From a bacterium (GTDB lineage: Bacteria; Cyanobacteriota; Vampirovibrionia; Gastranaerophilales; JBAXKC01): 64,000 bases of DNA. Location of the stretch: positions 192,001-256,000 of the forward strand of contig JBAXKC010000001.1 of NCBI GenBank assembly GCA_037137535.1. Direction: 5' to 3'. Positions 47,781-57,176 of the stretch are shown here, one piece after another. The first letter of the stretch is position 1, and every line of letters begins with the position of its first letter. The notes below the pieces were generated by a model. The model ran no database searches, was not told the DNA's origin, and saw only the letters and a program-made list of their open reading frames with translations. Position numbers and translations under genes: made by a program.

Positions 47781-49793
47781 ATGAACAAAAAGCATAAAAA
47801 TATATCAAAAATACTTGTTTCTTTATATTTATCGACAATTATATTATCAACTCCGGCACAAGCAATTGATAATATTAAACTTAGAGGCAATCTAAGCAAT
47901 GATAAAGCTCTTGAGCTTAAAGGAAATATTAAAATTGATGATTATGCTCAAAAAGTAAATGTAAGTTTACGCAATACAGATATCAGACAAGTGTTAAGAA
48001 TGCTTGCAGACAAAGCAAATCTTAATATTCTTATTCACGAGAGTGTGAGCGGGAAAATATCCTTAGACTTGATTGATGTTACTTTAAATAAAGCTTTTGA
48101 ATATGTAATGACAATGAATGGCCTTTCTTATGTAAAAGACGGCAATACTCTAATTGTTGCCTCAAAAGGAGTAAGCGGCAACCTTGGACTGACAAAGAAT
48201 AAGATGAAACCAATAGATATTAAATATATGGATGCAGTCTCAATATCTGATTTTCTTAATTCCAATATATTTAATCTAAACAGACCTGATATAACAACCG
48301 CACCAATAGTTATAACAAACCCCAGAACAAATCAGATTTATCTGTTTGGAAGTGACGAAGATATTGCTATGGCAGAAAAAACCATAGAAATATTAGACGT
48401 TAAACCTCATATGAAAACTTTTAACGTAAACTATTCAAATCCGACAAAAGTAGCCGGTAATTTATGTAATATTGTTTTTAACGCAAATTACTTTGTACAA
48501 GGCACATCTAGTAGTGGAAGCGGTTCCGGAGGAAGTACCGGTAGTGGAGCTGGCGGTTCTTCAGGAGGTTCTAGCGGATCTGGTTCTTCAGGTGGCGCTG
48601 GTGGCTCCTCTGGTGGAGCAGGAGCAAGCAGTAGCGGGTTTAAAGCCGTTACTATAGGATCAAGCAATGGTTTTGACCTTATATGCGGTCAAGCAAACAG
48701 GCAAACGGCAACAACAAGTGCATCAAGCGTAGGAGGAGGAAGTGCAAGTGGAACAGAAAGCACTAATTCTCCAACTAATGGAACGCAAAATAATGCAATG
48801 AATCAATCAAATAATTCTACCGATAATGAAAGTCAGTCAGCTAAAAAAGATGAAACTGAAAAAGAAAAAGAATTTTCAGGAGCTGGTTCATTTAAAGGAA
48901 TTGATTCAACATTGAAATCCTTAGATGTTGCAGGATATGCCGTATTTGCAAATGATGAAATAAGCCAGATAAGTGTTATGGGAACAGAGCAACAACTTGC
49001 TCTTGCGGAAGAAACAATAAAAAATCTTGATAAACGTCCTCTTCAAGCCTATTTTGATATTTCTATCATTGAAGTTAATGAAACTAACACAAAAACTCTG
49101 GACTCAACTATAGACTTTATAAACAAATACAGTCATGAAATAAAACTAAGCAGTGCAGGATTATCCTATGCACGTCAGGATCTTGCTCATAATGCAACTC
49201 AAGAATCCACTTCAAATTTTAACATTTCAAACGTACTGAAAATAACTAAAGGAAAATTACTCGCTAACCCGAGATTAATCGTATCAAGTAATAAAGAAGC
49301 TAAATTTAGTGTTATGGATAAAGAACCGGGACCTGTTTCTTCAACAAGAGAACCAGATGGTGCAGGCGGATATCGTACTACTTATTCAGTAGGAGCGCCT
49401 GTTGATGTCGGTATTACAGTAACATTATTACCGGTAATAAAACCTAACGGTGAAATTTCATTATCTGTTTCACCGACTTACAGCAATTTAAAAGCAACTG
49501 TAAGCTATGGTGATAGTACTAACTTTGCCCAACAAACCTTAACCTCAGAAAGAGATGTAAGCCTTAAAGATCTTATTTTAAAAGATGGTGAAACTTTTGT
49601 TCTAGGCGGATTAATCAAAGAAGCAGAAAATAAATCCTCAAATAAGCCTTCTCTACTGAATGTAATACCAATAATTGGCGGAATGTTTGGCTATCATGAG
49701 TCTAAAAAATCAAGAAGTGAACTTCTCTTTATAATAACGCCTCATATCGTTAAAGATCCTTCCAATGTAACTCCTCTGCCTGAAACTATATAA
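47781..49793 (+). CDS. Secretin (PilQ/GspD family) with Gly/Ser-rich insertion
   Basis: DIRQVLRMLA (STN), LLANPRL, DVGI, LKDGETFVLGGLI, IPIIGGMF, ELLFIITPHIV. Confidence 0.9.
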   Translation: MNKKHKNISKILVSLYLSTIILSTPAQAIDNIKLRGNLSNDKALELKGNIKIDDYAQKVNVSLRNTDIRQVLRMLADKANLNILIHESVSGKISLDLIDVTLNKAFEYVMTMNGLSYVKDGNTLIVASKGVSGNLGLTKNKMKPIDIKYMDAVSISDFLNSNIFNLNRPDITTAPIVITNPRTNQIYLFGSDEDIAMAEKTIEILDVKPHMKTFNVNYSNPTKVAGNLCNIVFNANYFVQGTSSSGSGSGGSTGSGAGGSSGGSSGSGSSGGAGGSSGGAGASSSGFKAVTIGSSNGFDLICGQANRQTATTSASSVGGGSASGTESTNSPTNGTQNNAMNQSNNSTDNESQSAKKDETEKEKEFSGAGSFKGIDSTLKSLDVAGYAVFANDEISQISVMGTEQQLALAEETIKNLDKRPLQAYFDISIIEVNETNTKTLDSTIDFINKYSHEIKLSSAGLSYARQDLAHNATQESTSNFNISNVLKITKGKLLANPRLIVSSNKEAKFSVMDKEPGPVSSTREPDGAGGYRTTYSVGAPVDVGITVTLLPVIKPNGEISLSVSPTYSNLKATVSYGDSTNFAQQTLTSERDVSLKDLILKDGETFVLGGLIKEAENKSSNKPSLLNVIPIIGGMFGYHESKKSRSELLFIITPHIVKDPSNVTPLPETI

Positions 49794-49811
49794 AATTTAA
49801 AGGAAAGTGTA

Positions 49812-51860
49812 ATGAACGCGAGTAATGCACTTGAACAATTACTAAACAGTATAAATAAAACATATATTAATAAATTCCCGATTGATGTTCTTAAAGAAGA
49901 AATGTTTATTCCAATAAACAATGAAGGCGAGACCATTGTTATTGGAATGGTTAATCCTGAAGAAAAAGAACGCCGTAATTCAATATTAACCAAAATTATT
50001 CTTGCGACAAGATTAAAACCAAAAGTTCTTACGCTAAATAAACAGCAATTTGACGATATAATTAAATATTTTGAAGAACAGATAAATTCAGGGCAAGCGG
50101 CGCAGGCTTCGGCTTTATCCGCATCAATTAATCCTCCAACTAAAAAAATTGGAGAAAAGTTAATTGAGGAAGGTCTGATAACTAAAGAACAACTGACTCA
50201 AGCTCTTAGCGACGCAAAAAAAGAAGGTATTCCCGTCGGCTCTATACTTGTAAAACTTGGCTTTATTACTATTGAAGATTTAAAGAGAACCCTATCTAAG
50301 CAGCAGGGAATAGGACACGTTGAAGAAAAGATCGATGCTAAAGCTGTAAAACTTATTCCTGAAGATTTTATTAAATTAAATAAAGTAGTTCCAATAAGTA
50401 CTGATGGAAAAACCTTAGTAGTTGGAATGGTAGACCCCAAAAACAAACAAGCGTTAAATGAAATCATTTACATGACAGGCCTAAAGCCATTTCCTCTTAT
50501 ATTAACTCATATAGAATATGAAAATTACATTAAAACATATCTGGAAACAAAAAAAGACAGCGAAAAATTAATGGAAGAATTTACTAAAGAAGATGAATCC
50601 TCTTTAGTAATAGAAGGCTCTGAAAACCTATGGCAACAAGTAGAAAAAGAACTTCAAGACGAATCAAGCATCGTAGCTAAATTTGCAAGCTCAATCATAA
50701 CTGAAGCTATTGCAAAAAAAGCAAGTGACGTTCACATTGAACCAAGACTTGATAAATATATAGTAAGATACAGAATTGACGGTATCTTAAAACATATTAT
50801 GGATATTCCTAATAAAATTGAAAGTCTTCTTATTTCAAGGCTAAAAGTTATTTCAAGAATGAATATCGCAGAGCATAGAAGAACTCAAGACGGTAGATTT
50901 ACAATTAAATACGGCAGTAAAGTCTATGATTTAAGGGTAAATATATTACCTGTCGGCACTAAAGAAAAAATGGTAATAAGAATCTTACAACCAACTTTAG
51001 AGTTTAATGCAAACGCTAATAAAAATGATATTCAGCTAAACGGTGCAGCAAAAGACGATATTCAAAAAATCAATCTTATGACAACTTCACCACATGGTAT
51101 TATACTTGCAACAGGTCCTACAGGTAGCGGTAAATCAACAACACTCTATTCAGTTATAAATAAATTAAATAGCGAATATGTAAACATAACCACCATTGAA
51201 GACCCTGTTGAAATGAAAATGGATGGAGTAAACCAAGTACAAGTTAATGCAAAAGCCGACATTACTTTTGCAAGCTGTATGAGAGCTATATTAAGACAAG
51301 ATCCGGATATAATAATGGTCGGAGAGATAAGGGACTACGAAACACTGGAAGCGGCGATACATGCGGCTTTAACAGGTCACCTTGTAATCAGTACTATTCA
51401 CACAAACAGTGCAACGGCAACTATAACCAGATTAGTCGAAATGGGAGCTGCGCATCACTTAATAGCCTCTTCATTAATGGGAGTAATAGCACAAAGACTT
51501 ATAAGAAAAATTTGCCCTGACTGCAAAGAGCTTTATGAACCTACTGATGAAGAAATAAAAATGATTAGCTCTCCAATTTATGACGATTCTCGATTTAGAG
51601 GAAATAATATTTATAAAGCGGTTGGCTGTGATAAATGCTCCGGAAACGGTTATATTGGCAGAATAGGTATATATGAAATTATGCCTGTAAATAGAGAAAT
51701 ACGAAAAATGATATCGCAAGGAGCTGCTGGTCATGAAATCGAAGAAGTAGCTATAAGCTGCGGTATGAAAAGTTTAAAAAGAGCTGCTTTAGAAGCTATT
51801 TTAAATGGTAACACTACAATTAGAGAATATGTAAGAGTATTAGGCGCATCAAGCGACTAA
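49812..51860 (+). CDS. pilB: PilB/GspE assembly ATPase with MshEN domain
   Basis: ASDVHIEP, GPTGSGKSTT, TIEDPVE, LRQDPDIIMVGEIRD, TGHLV-ST-H, CPDC...CDKC. Confidence 0.9.
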   Translation: MNASNALEQLLNSINKTYINKFPIDVLKEEMFIPINNEGETIVIGMVNPEEKERRNSILTKIILATRLKPKVLTLNKQQFDDIIKYFEEQINSGQAAQASALSASINPPTKKIGEKLIEEGLITKEQLTQALSDAKKEGIPVGSILVKLGFITIEDLKRTLSKQQGIGHVEEKIDAKAVKLIPEDFIKLNKVVPISTDGKTLVVGMVDPKNKQALNEIIYMTGLKPFPLILTHIEYENYIKTYLETKKDSEKLMEEFTKEDESSLVIEGSENLWQQVEKELQDESSIVAKFASSIITEAIAKKASDVHIEPRLDKYIVRYRIDGILKHIMDIPNKIESLLISRLKVISRMNIAEHRRTQDGRFTIKYGSKVYDLRVNILPVGTKEKMVIRILQPTLEFNANANKNDIQLNGAAKDDIQKINLMTTSPHGIILATGPTGSGKSTTLYSVINKLNSEYVNITTIEDPVEMKMDGVNQVQVNAKADITFASCMRAILRQDPDIIMVGEIRDYETLEAAIHAALTGHLVISTIHTNSATATITRLVEMGAAHHLIASSLMGVIAQRLIRKICPDCKELYEPTDEEIKMISSPIYDDSRFRGNNIYKAVGCDKCSGNGYIGRIGIYEIMPVNREIRKMISQGAAGHEIEEVAISCGMKSLKRAALEAILNGNTTIREYVRVLGASSD

Positions 51861-51881
51861 GTCTTATTATTAGGAGTATAC

Positions 51882-53108
51882 ATGTCTGTTTTTACATACA
51901 AAGCGATAAAAGACGGAAGTAATTTTGTTAAAGGAAGCATAGAAGCTACTTCTATTAAAGAAGTAAGAGATATGCTTAGAAAGATGGATCTTGTTCCTGT
52001 AAAAATAGAAGAAGGTCAGTCTAATTCTAATGCATCAAGCATGTTTAATTCAAACAGGTCTAAGCTAAAGCGATTAAGCATGAGAGAAAAAATTGATTTT
52101 ACAAATACAATGCACATTCTTTCAAAATCAGGCGTATCAATAATAGAATCTCTTATGTTTATGGAAACAAATGCCGCAACTCCGAATTCAGGAAAACTGG
52201 CAGAAGAATTAAGAAAATCCGTTTTAGCGGGAGCAAATTTAAGTGAAGCTATCACTAAATTCCCATTTATCTTTGATCAGGTTTTTATAGGATTAATTAA
52301 AGCCGGTGAAGAATCTGGGGAAATAGACACCACATTAGGAAGAATGGTTTTTCTTTTAAAAAAACAAGAGAAATTAAGAGGAAAAATTATAGCAACTATG
52401 GTTTATCCGACTATGGTAATTATTTTAGCGATGGCAGTTACCTTGATAATGCTTATGGTTGTATTCCCTGCCTTTAAAGATGTTTTTGCCACAAGTGGAA
52501 AAAAACTACCATTTATAACCCAATTTCTAATTGATTTAGGAGACTTTTTAAAAACATTTTGGATAGTAGTTCCCATTACTATAGGATCAATGGTATATGT
52601 GGCTTTAAATATAATGAAATGGCGCTTTACCAAGCGACTTATTGATAGAGGATTACTAAAATTACCAATTTTATCAGACTTTGTTAAATATGCATCACTT
52701 TCAAATTTCATTTCCGTTTTAAAAGTTGCATTTGATGCAGGTGTGCCAATTGTAGACAGTTTAATTCTATCAAATCTTACTGTAAGCAATACCGTACTGA
52801 ATCAAGCAGTAAGAAATTCTGCAACAAGTATTCAGAATGGTCAATCGCTGTCAAATTCTTTAAAAAGCACAGAATTTATGCCTCCAATTATCATGTGCAT
52901 GATCTCAACAGGAGAACAATCCGGGAATCTTGGAGAAATGTTAGATCAGGCAGGAGCCTATATAGATGACGAGCTGGAAAGAGTTGTTGATCTTCTGAAT
53001 AAAGCGTCAGAACCCTTCTTACTTGTAGTTATAGGTTCTATTGTATTAGTATTAGCTTTAGCTCTTTATTTACCGTTATTCCAATCTTACGCCAATATGT
53101 CAGGATAA
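51882..53108 (+). CDS. pilC: PilC/GspF platform protein
   Basis: AGEESG, MVYP, LPFIT, TGEQSGNL, EP...ALYLPLF. Confidence 0.9.
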   Translation: MSVFTYKAIKDGSNFVKGSIEATSIKEVRDMLRKMDLVPVKIEEGQSNSNASSMFNSNRSKLKRLSMREKIDFTNTMHILSKSGVSIIESLMFMETNAATPNSGKLAEELRKSVLAGANLSEAITKFPFIFDQVFIGLIKAGEESGEIDTTLGRMVFLLKKQEKLRGKIIATMVYPTMVIILAMAVTLIMLMVVFPAFKDVFATSGKKLPFITQFLIDLGDFLKTFWIVVPITIGSMVYVALNIMKWRFTKRLIDRGLLKLPILSDFVKYASLSNFISVLKVAFDAGVPIVDSLILSNLTVSNTVLNQAVRNSATSIQNGQSLSNSLKSTEFMPPIIMCMISTGEQSGNLGEMLDQAGAYIDDELERVVDLLNKASEPFLLVVIGSIVLVLALALYLPLFQSYANMSG

Positions 53109-53125
53109 AGAAAAGGAGGAATGAA

Positions 53126-53437
53126 ATGGATGATCAAACAATGGAAGAAAAATTAATGATGATTCAATCTAGTGGATTTGCAGATTTATGGTCTGAAAAA
53201 ATACTTGTAATAACAGATGATTATGAAATAAACGGCTATGTCTTTCTACCTAAAACAGGAAGAAAAAATAGAGTTCTAACTGATATATTAAATGGAAGTA
53301 AACGCTTTATCGCAATTAAAGATGCGACATTAGTGCATAGAAAACAGCCTCATAAGCCAATAGAAGTACAAGATTTTATTCAGTTAAATCTTGATGCAAT
53401 AGTTATGATAAGACCAAGCATTAACACAGATACCTAA
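53126..53437 (+). CDS. DUF6812-like small beta protein
   Basis: AGGAGG RBS; VITDDYEINGYVFLP...RVLTDILN...FIAIKDA pattern (family recalled, not searched). Confidence 0.55.
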   Translation: MDDQTMEEKLMMIQSSGFADLWSEKILVITDDYEINGYVFLPKTGRKNRVLTDILNGSKRFIAIKDATLVHRKQPHKPIEVQDFIQLNLDAIVMIRPSINTDT

Positions 53438-53495
53438 AAAAAGACTATAAAAAAAGGATTTATTTAAATAAATCCTTTTTTTTTATAGTCTTTTT
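53436..53495. terminator. Bidirectional terminator with long arms
   Basis: AAAAAGACTATAAAAAAAGGATTTATTT / AAATAAATCCTTTTTTTTTATAGTCTTTTT. Confidence 0.7.
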
Positions 53496-53507
53496 AATTT
53501 GTTGTAA

Positions 53508-53867
53508 TTAAGCAGAAACTTTTTCTTTTGCTAATTCAACAACTTTTTTGAATGCTTCAGCATCTCTTACTGCTAAATCAGCAAGCATTTTTCTGTTTAG
53601 ACCGATGTTAGCTTTTAAAACAGCATTGATAAATCTGCTATAGCTCATACCGTTTTGTCTTGCAGCAGCATTAATTCTAGTAATCCAAAGACGTCTGAAA
53701 TTTCTCTTTTTATTTCTTCTATCTCTGTATTGATATTTAAGAGCTTTCATTACAGCTTGATTAGCTACAACAAATAATCTGCTTCTAGCACCTTTAAAGC
53801 TTTTTGCAAGCTTAAGAATTTTTTTATGTCTCTTACGGAGAACGTTTCCGCGTTTAACCCTTGCCAT
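53508..53867 (-). CDS. rplT: 50S ribosomal protein L20
   Basis: [29 protein letters not shown]. Confidence 0.99.
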   Translation of the reverse strand: MARVKRGNVLRKRHKKILKLAKSFKGARSRLFVVANQAVMKALKYQYRDRRNKKRNFRRLWITRINAAARQNGMSYSRFINAVLKANIGLNRKMLADLAVRDAEAFKKVVELAKEKVSA

Positions 53868-53882
53868 TTATCCGACTCCTTT

Positions 53883-54092
53883 TTATCTGGAATATTTCAT
53901 ATATGGTAATTCTAATTTGATTTTAGCTAAGTTTGACTCTGATACTTCTAACATAGAGGAAAGACCTCTTTTTCTTTTAGCTGACTTATGTGAGAGAAGG
54001 TGGCTTATTCCAGCTTGTCTGCGAAGTATTTTACCGCTAGCTGTTACTTTGTATCTTTTTGCTCCTGAGCGGTGAGTTTTCATTTTTGGCAT
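53883..54092 (-). CDS. rpmI: 50S ribosomal protein L35
   Basis: MPKMKTHRSGAKRYKVTASGK. Confidence 0.98.
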   Translation of the reverse strand: MPKMKTHRSGAKRYKVTASGKILRRQAGISHLLSHKSAKRKRGLSSMLEVSESNLAKIKLELPYMKYSR

Positions 54093-54247
54093 ATTTACTG
54101 CTCCCAATTATATTAATCTGCTATTTAATTATTATTAAATGAAATTCGTAATTTATAATCTCTCAAAAATAAATTAAAATCAAGCGGTTTTATAAACTTA
54201 TCAGTTAAAACTCATGTCATTCAAATGTTTTCAAATATAAAATAAGC

Positions 54248-54280
54248 AAAACAGCCTGCAACTCATGCTGTGGCTGTTTT
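54248..54280 (-). terminator. Hairpin/terminator between infC and rpmI
   Basis: AAAACAGCC...GGCTGTTTT. Confidence 0.5.
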
Positions 54281-54301
54281 GAATACGCTTAGTTTAAAAA
54301 C

Positions 54302-54844
54302 CTAAGTGCTTGCCGGAGCAAGAATCATAAGAACGTTTTTACCGTCCATACTTGGTTTTTTCTCCATAATCATCGGTTCATTCTGAAGATCTTCTTCCAC
54401 TCTTCTCATAAGTTTGAATGCCAAATCGGAGTGTTGAGCTTCTCTACCTCTCATCATAATAAGGATTTTAACCTTATTACCTGAAGCTAAAAACTTTTGT
54501 ATGTTTTTAAGTTTAACGTTATAGTCATGACTATCAATCTTATAACGCATTTTAATTTCTTTTACTTCAACAACGTGTTGTTTCTTTTTTGCTTCTCTTG
54601 CTTTTTTCTCTGCTTCAAATTTATATTTGCCGTAATCTATTATTTTTGCAACAGGAGGAGATTGGTTAGGGCTTACTACTACTAGGTCAAGACCTTTATC
54701 ATAAGCCATTTTTAATGCGTCCACTGTTTGCACTACGCCATGTTTTGTCCCTTCGTCATCAATGAGAAGAACTTCTTTAGATCTTATATCCTCATTAATT
54801 CCCGGCTGACCGGCTCTTGCTCCTGAAAATCTTGCGTTGCTAAT
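54302..54844 (-). CDS. infC: Translation initiation factor IF-3 (ATT start)
   Basis: Frame extends past 54733: ATT-AGC-AAC...INEDIRSKEVLLIDDEG; GGAGG 8 nt upstream; LDLVVVSP, DYGKYKFE, GNKVK motifs. Confidence 0.96.
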   Translation of the reverse strand: MSNARFSGARAGQPGINEDIRSKEVLLIDDEGTKHGVVQTVDALKMAYDKGLDLVVVSPNQSPPVAKIIDYGKYKFEAEKKAREAKKKQHVVEVKEIKMRYKIDSHDYNVKLKNIQKFLASGNKVKILIMMRGREAQHSDLAFKLMRRVEEDLQNEPMIMEKKPSMDGKNVLMILAPAST

Positions 54845-55210
54845 GGGTTAATCCTCCATATATTTTAATATTATAATTGAACTTTATATAATATGCCTTT
54901 TAATTTGCATTTATACTATTTCACCATTTTGGCGAATATCAACTAATATAATGTTACTACACCACACTTATATTGTAAATAATCTTAATTGTTGTCTGAT
55001 TGGCCTAAAGACAATTTCTATTAATTTTTGTAACAGTATTTAAACTTTGCGCAATTTTCATAAATAGTTTGTTTTTATATATATACAAAGCAAAGCTCTC
55101 TCTTCTTAATTTTACTCACAGTAAGCTCCTTAATCGGAGCTTTTTTTATTTTTTGCCATAATAAAAAACTAAAAAATTAAAAATTATATATTTAAGTTAT
55201 CAGCAATTAA

Positions 55211-55219
55211 TGATATAAT
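55211..55219 (+). promoter_or_regulatory. Extended -10 upstream of ppaC
   Basis: TGATATAAT. Confidence 0.5.
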
Positions 55220-55250
55220 TTGGCGGTAAATCAACGTAAATGGTGATAAA

Positions 55251-56879
55251 ATGCCGAAACCTATATATGTTATCGGTCACAGAAATCCCGATACTGACTC
55301 TATATGCTCTGCAATAGGATATGCCTATTTAAAACAATCATTAGGAGAGAATGCTATTGCTGCCAGAGCGGGCAAAATAAATGCTGAAACAAAATATGTT
55401 TTAGAATATTTCAATGTTGAAATTCCTGTTTATATTGATGATCTTTATCCAAGAGTTAAAGATGTAATGTCTGAAAGCTCCGCTACCATTAATGAAAATG
55501 GAAGTGTAAGAGAGCTAGGCAACATCATGAAAAAATATAACGTAAAATCTGTCCCTGTGTTAAAAGAAGACAAATCACTTGTAGGGATGGTGTCTGTAGG
55601 AGATTTGGCAAAAAGATATTTTGATGAGCTGGGAATTCAGGACTTAGGACTTGCAGATGTAACATTTGAAGCCATTTTAAAGACTATAGAAGCCTCAGTA
55701 GTATGCGGAAAAGATTTAGAACGAGGAATAGCCGGCAAAGTAAGAATTGCGGCGGCTAAAACAGATACTTTACTTAAAAAACTTCAAAAAAATGATATTA
55801 TTATCACCGGTGACAGAGTGCAAGCGCATCTTATAGCAATAGGAAGAGGCGTAGCCTGTCTAATAGTAACTGGAAACGGCGAAGTAGATTCAAAAGTTGC
55901 AAGAGAAGCAGAAAAAAACAATGTAATTATACTGAAAACAGCCTATGACACTTACACTTGCGCTAGACTTATAAATCAATCCATTCCTGTAAGAATGATA
56001 ATGGAAAGAAAAATTATTACCTTTAAACCTACTGAATTAGTTTCTGACATTAAAGATACAATAATTAATTCTCACTTTAGAAATTATCCTGTTGTCGAAA
56101 ATGGCAAGTTTGTAGGGTTTATCAGCAGAGATAGATTAATCGTTCCTGAAAGGCAAAAAGTTATTTTAATCGATCATAATGAATATACTCAAGCGGTTGA
56201 AGGTGTTGAAGAAGCACAAATTCTTGAAATAATTGACCATCACAGACTTGGCGGAATTCAAACCAGTGAACCTATTTTTATAAGACATGAACCTGTCGGA
56301 TGTACCGCAACTATAGTTGCTAATATGCTTTGGCATAGATGTATCCCTGTAAGCAGAACAATAGCAGGAGTTTTACTATCTGCTATTATCTCTGACACAA
56401 TGTTATTCAAATCACCGACCTCCACAACCAATGATAAAGAAACAGCAGAAAAGCTTGCGAAGATTGCTGAAATGGATCTGAATGCTTACGGTATTGAAAT
56501 GCTAAAAGCTGGTGGAACTCATACAGATATGACATCAGGCGAGATAGTCCACAATGACTTAAAAGAATTTAATATGGGAAGATATAGAGTTTCAGTCGGT
56601 CAATTCTCCGTTATGGATGCAGATCCTTTATTAAAAATGAAATTAGACATTTTAAAATATATGAATGAACTGCAAAGCCGTGAAAGATATGATATGAGCA
56701 TGCTTATGGTTACTGATATCATTAGTGAAAAAACTCATTTATTCTGCACAGAGGCGTCTACTGAGTTTGTTTCTCGTGCTTTCAAGAAAGAAGTTAATGA
56801 CAATATACTTCTTCTACCTAATGTAATGTCAAGAAAAAAACAAGTTATACCACCGCTGATAGAGGCATCAAAAATGTAA
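55251..56879 (+). CDS. ppaC: Family II (Mn/Co) inorganic pyrophosphatase with CBS-DRTGG insert
   Basis: GHRNPDTDS, ITGDR, LIDHNE, IIDHHR, VGCTAT, SRKKQ. Confidence 0.95.
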   Translation: MPKPIYVIGHRNPDTDSICSAIGYAYLKQSLGENAIAARAGKINAETKYVLEYFNVEIPVYIDDLYPRVKDVMSESSATINENGSVRELGNIMKKYNVKSVPVLKEDKSLVGMVSVGDLAKRYFDELGIQDLGLADVTFEAILKTIEASVVCGKDLERGIAGKVRIAAAKTDTLLKKLQKNDIIITGDRVQAHLIAIGRGVACLIVTGNGEVDSKVAREAEKNNVIILKTAYDTYTCARLINQSIPVRMIMERKIITFKPTELVSDIKDTIINSHFRNYPVVENGKFVGFISRDRLIVPERQKVILIDHNEYTQAVEGVEEAQILEIIDHHRLGGIQTSEPIFIRHEPVGCTATIVANMLWHRCIPVSRTIAGVLLSAIISDTMLFKSPTSTTNDKETAEKLAKIAEMDLNAYGIEMLKAGGTHTDMTSGEIVHNDLKEFNMGRYRVSVGQFSVMDADPLLKMKLDILKYMNELQSRERYDMSMLMVTDIISEKTHLFCTEASTEFVSRAFKKEVNDNILLLPNVMSRKKQVIPPLIEASKM

Positions 56880-56928
56880 TTTTTGTGTTATAACTCTATA
56901 AAGTGATGTTTTCTTTGGGAGTCTAACA

Positions 56929-57120
56929 ATGGAAAAAATAACCTTAAGATCAGACAGAAGCTCTGATTATGTATTTACTTATAAAGGCGAAGAAGTAGTT
57001 CTCGCAGCAGGCAAATCAATGGATGTAGCCGGTGGAATATCTGATTTGGTGCTTCCTACCTGCATAATGAAAATTATTAGAGGTGTTATTGTAATTAAAG
57101 ATGATGCACCAAAAGCATAA
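56929..57120 (+). CDS. Small hypothetical protein
   Basis: 63 aa, GGGAG RBS, globular beta-rich composition. Confidence 0.6.
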   Translation: MEKITLRSDRSSDYVFTYKGEEVVLAAGKSMDVAGGISDLVLPTCIMKIIRGVIVIKDDAPKA

Positions 57121-57141
57121 TAATTTATAAAATATAAAAAA

Positions 57142-57176
57142 ATTCCCTTTTGTTAATGAGCAAAAGGGAATCTTTT
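57142..57176. terminator. Bidirectional terminator
   Basis: TTCCCTTTTG...CAAAAGGGAA. Confidence 0.65.

Noticed and set aside
48472-48657. Overlapping alternative-frame ORF in the secretin
   Set aside because: By-product of the stop-poor Gly/Ser codon tract.
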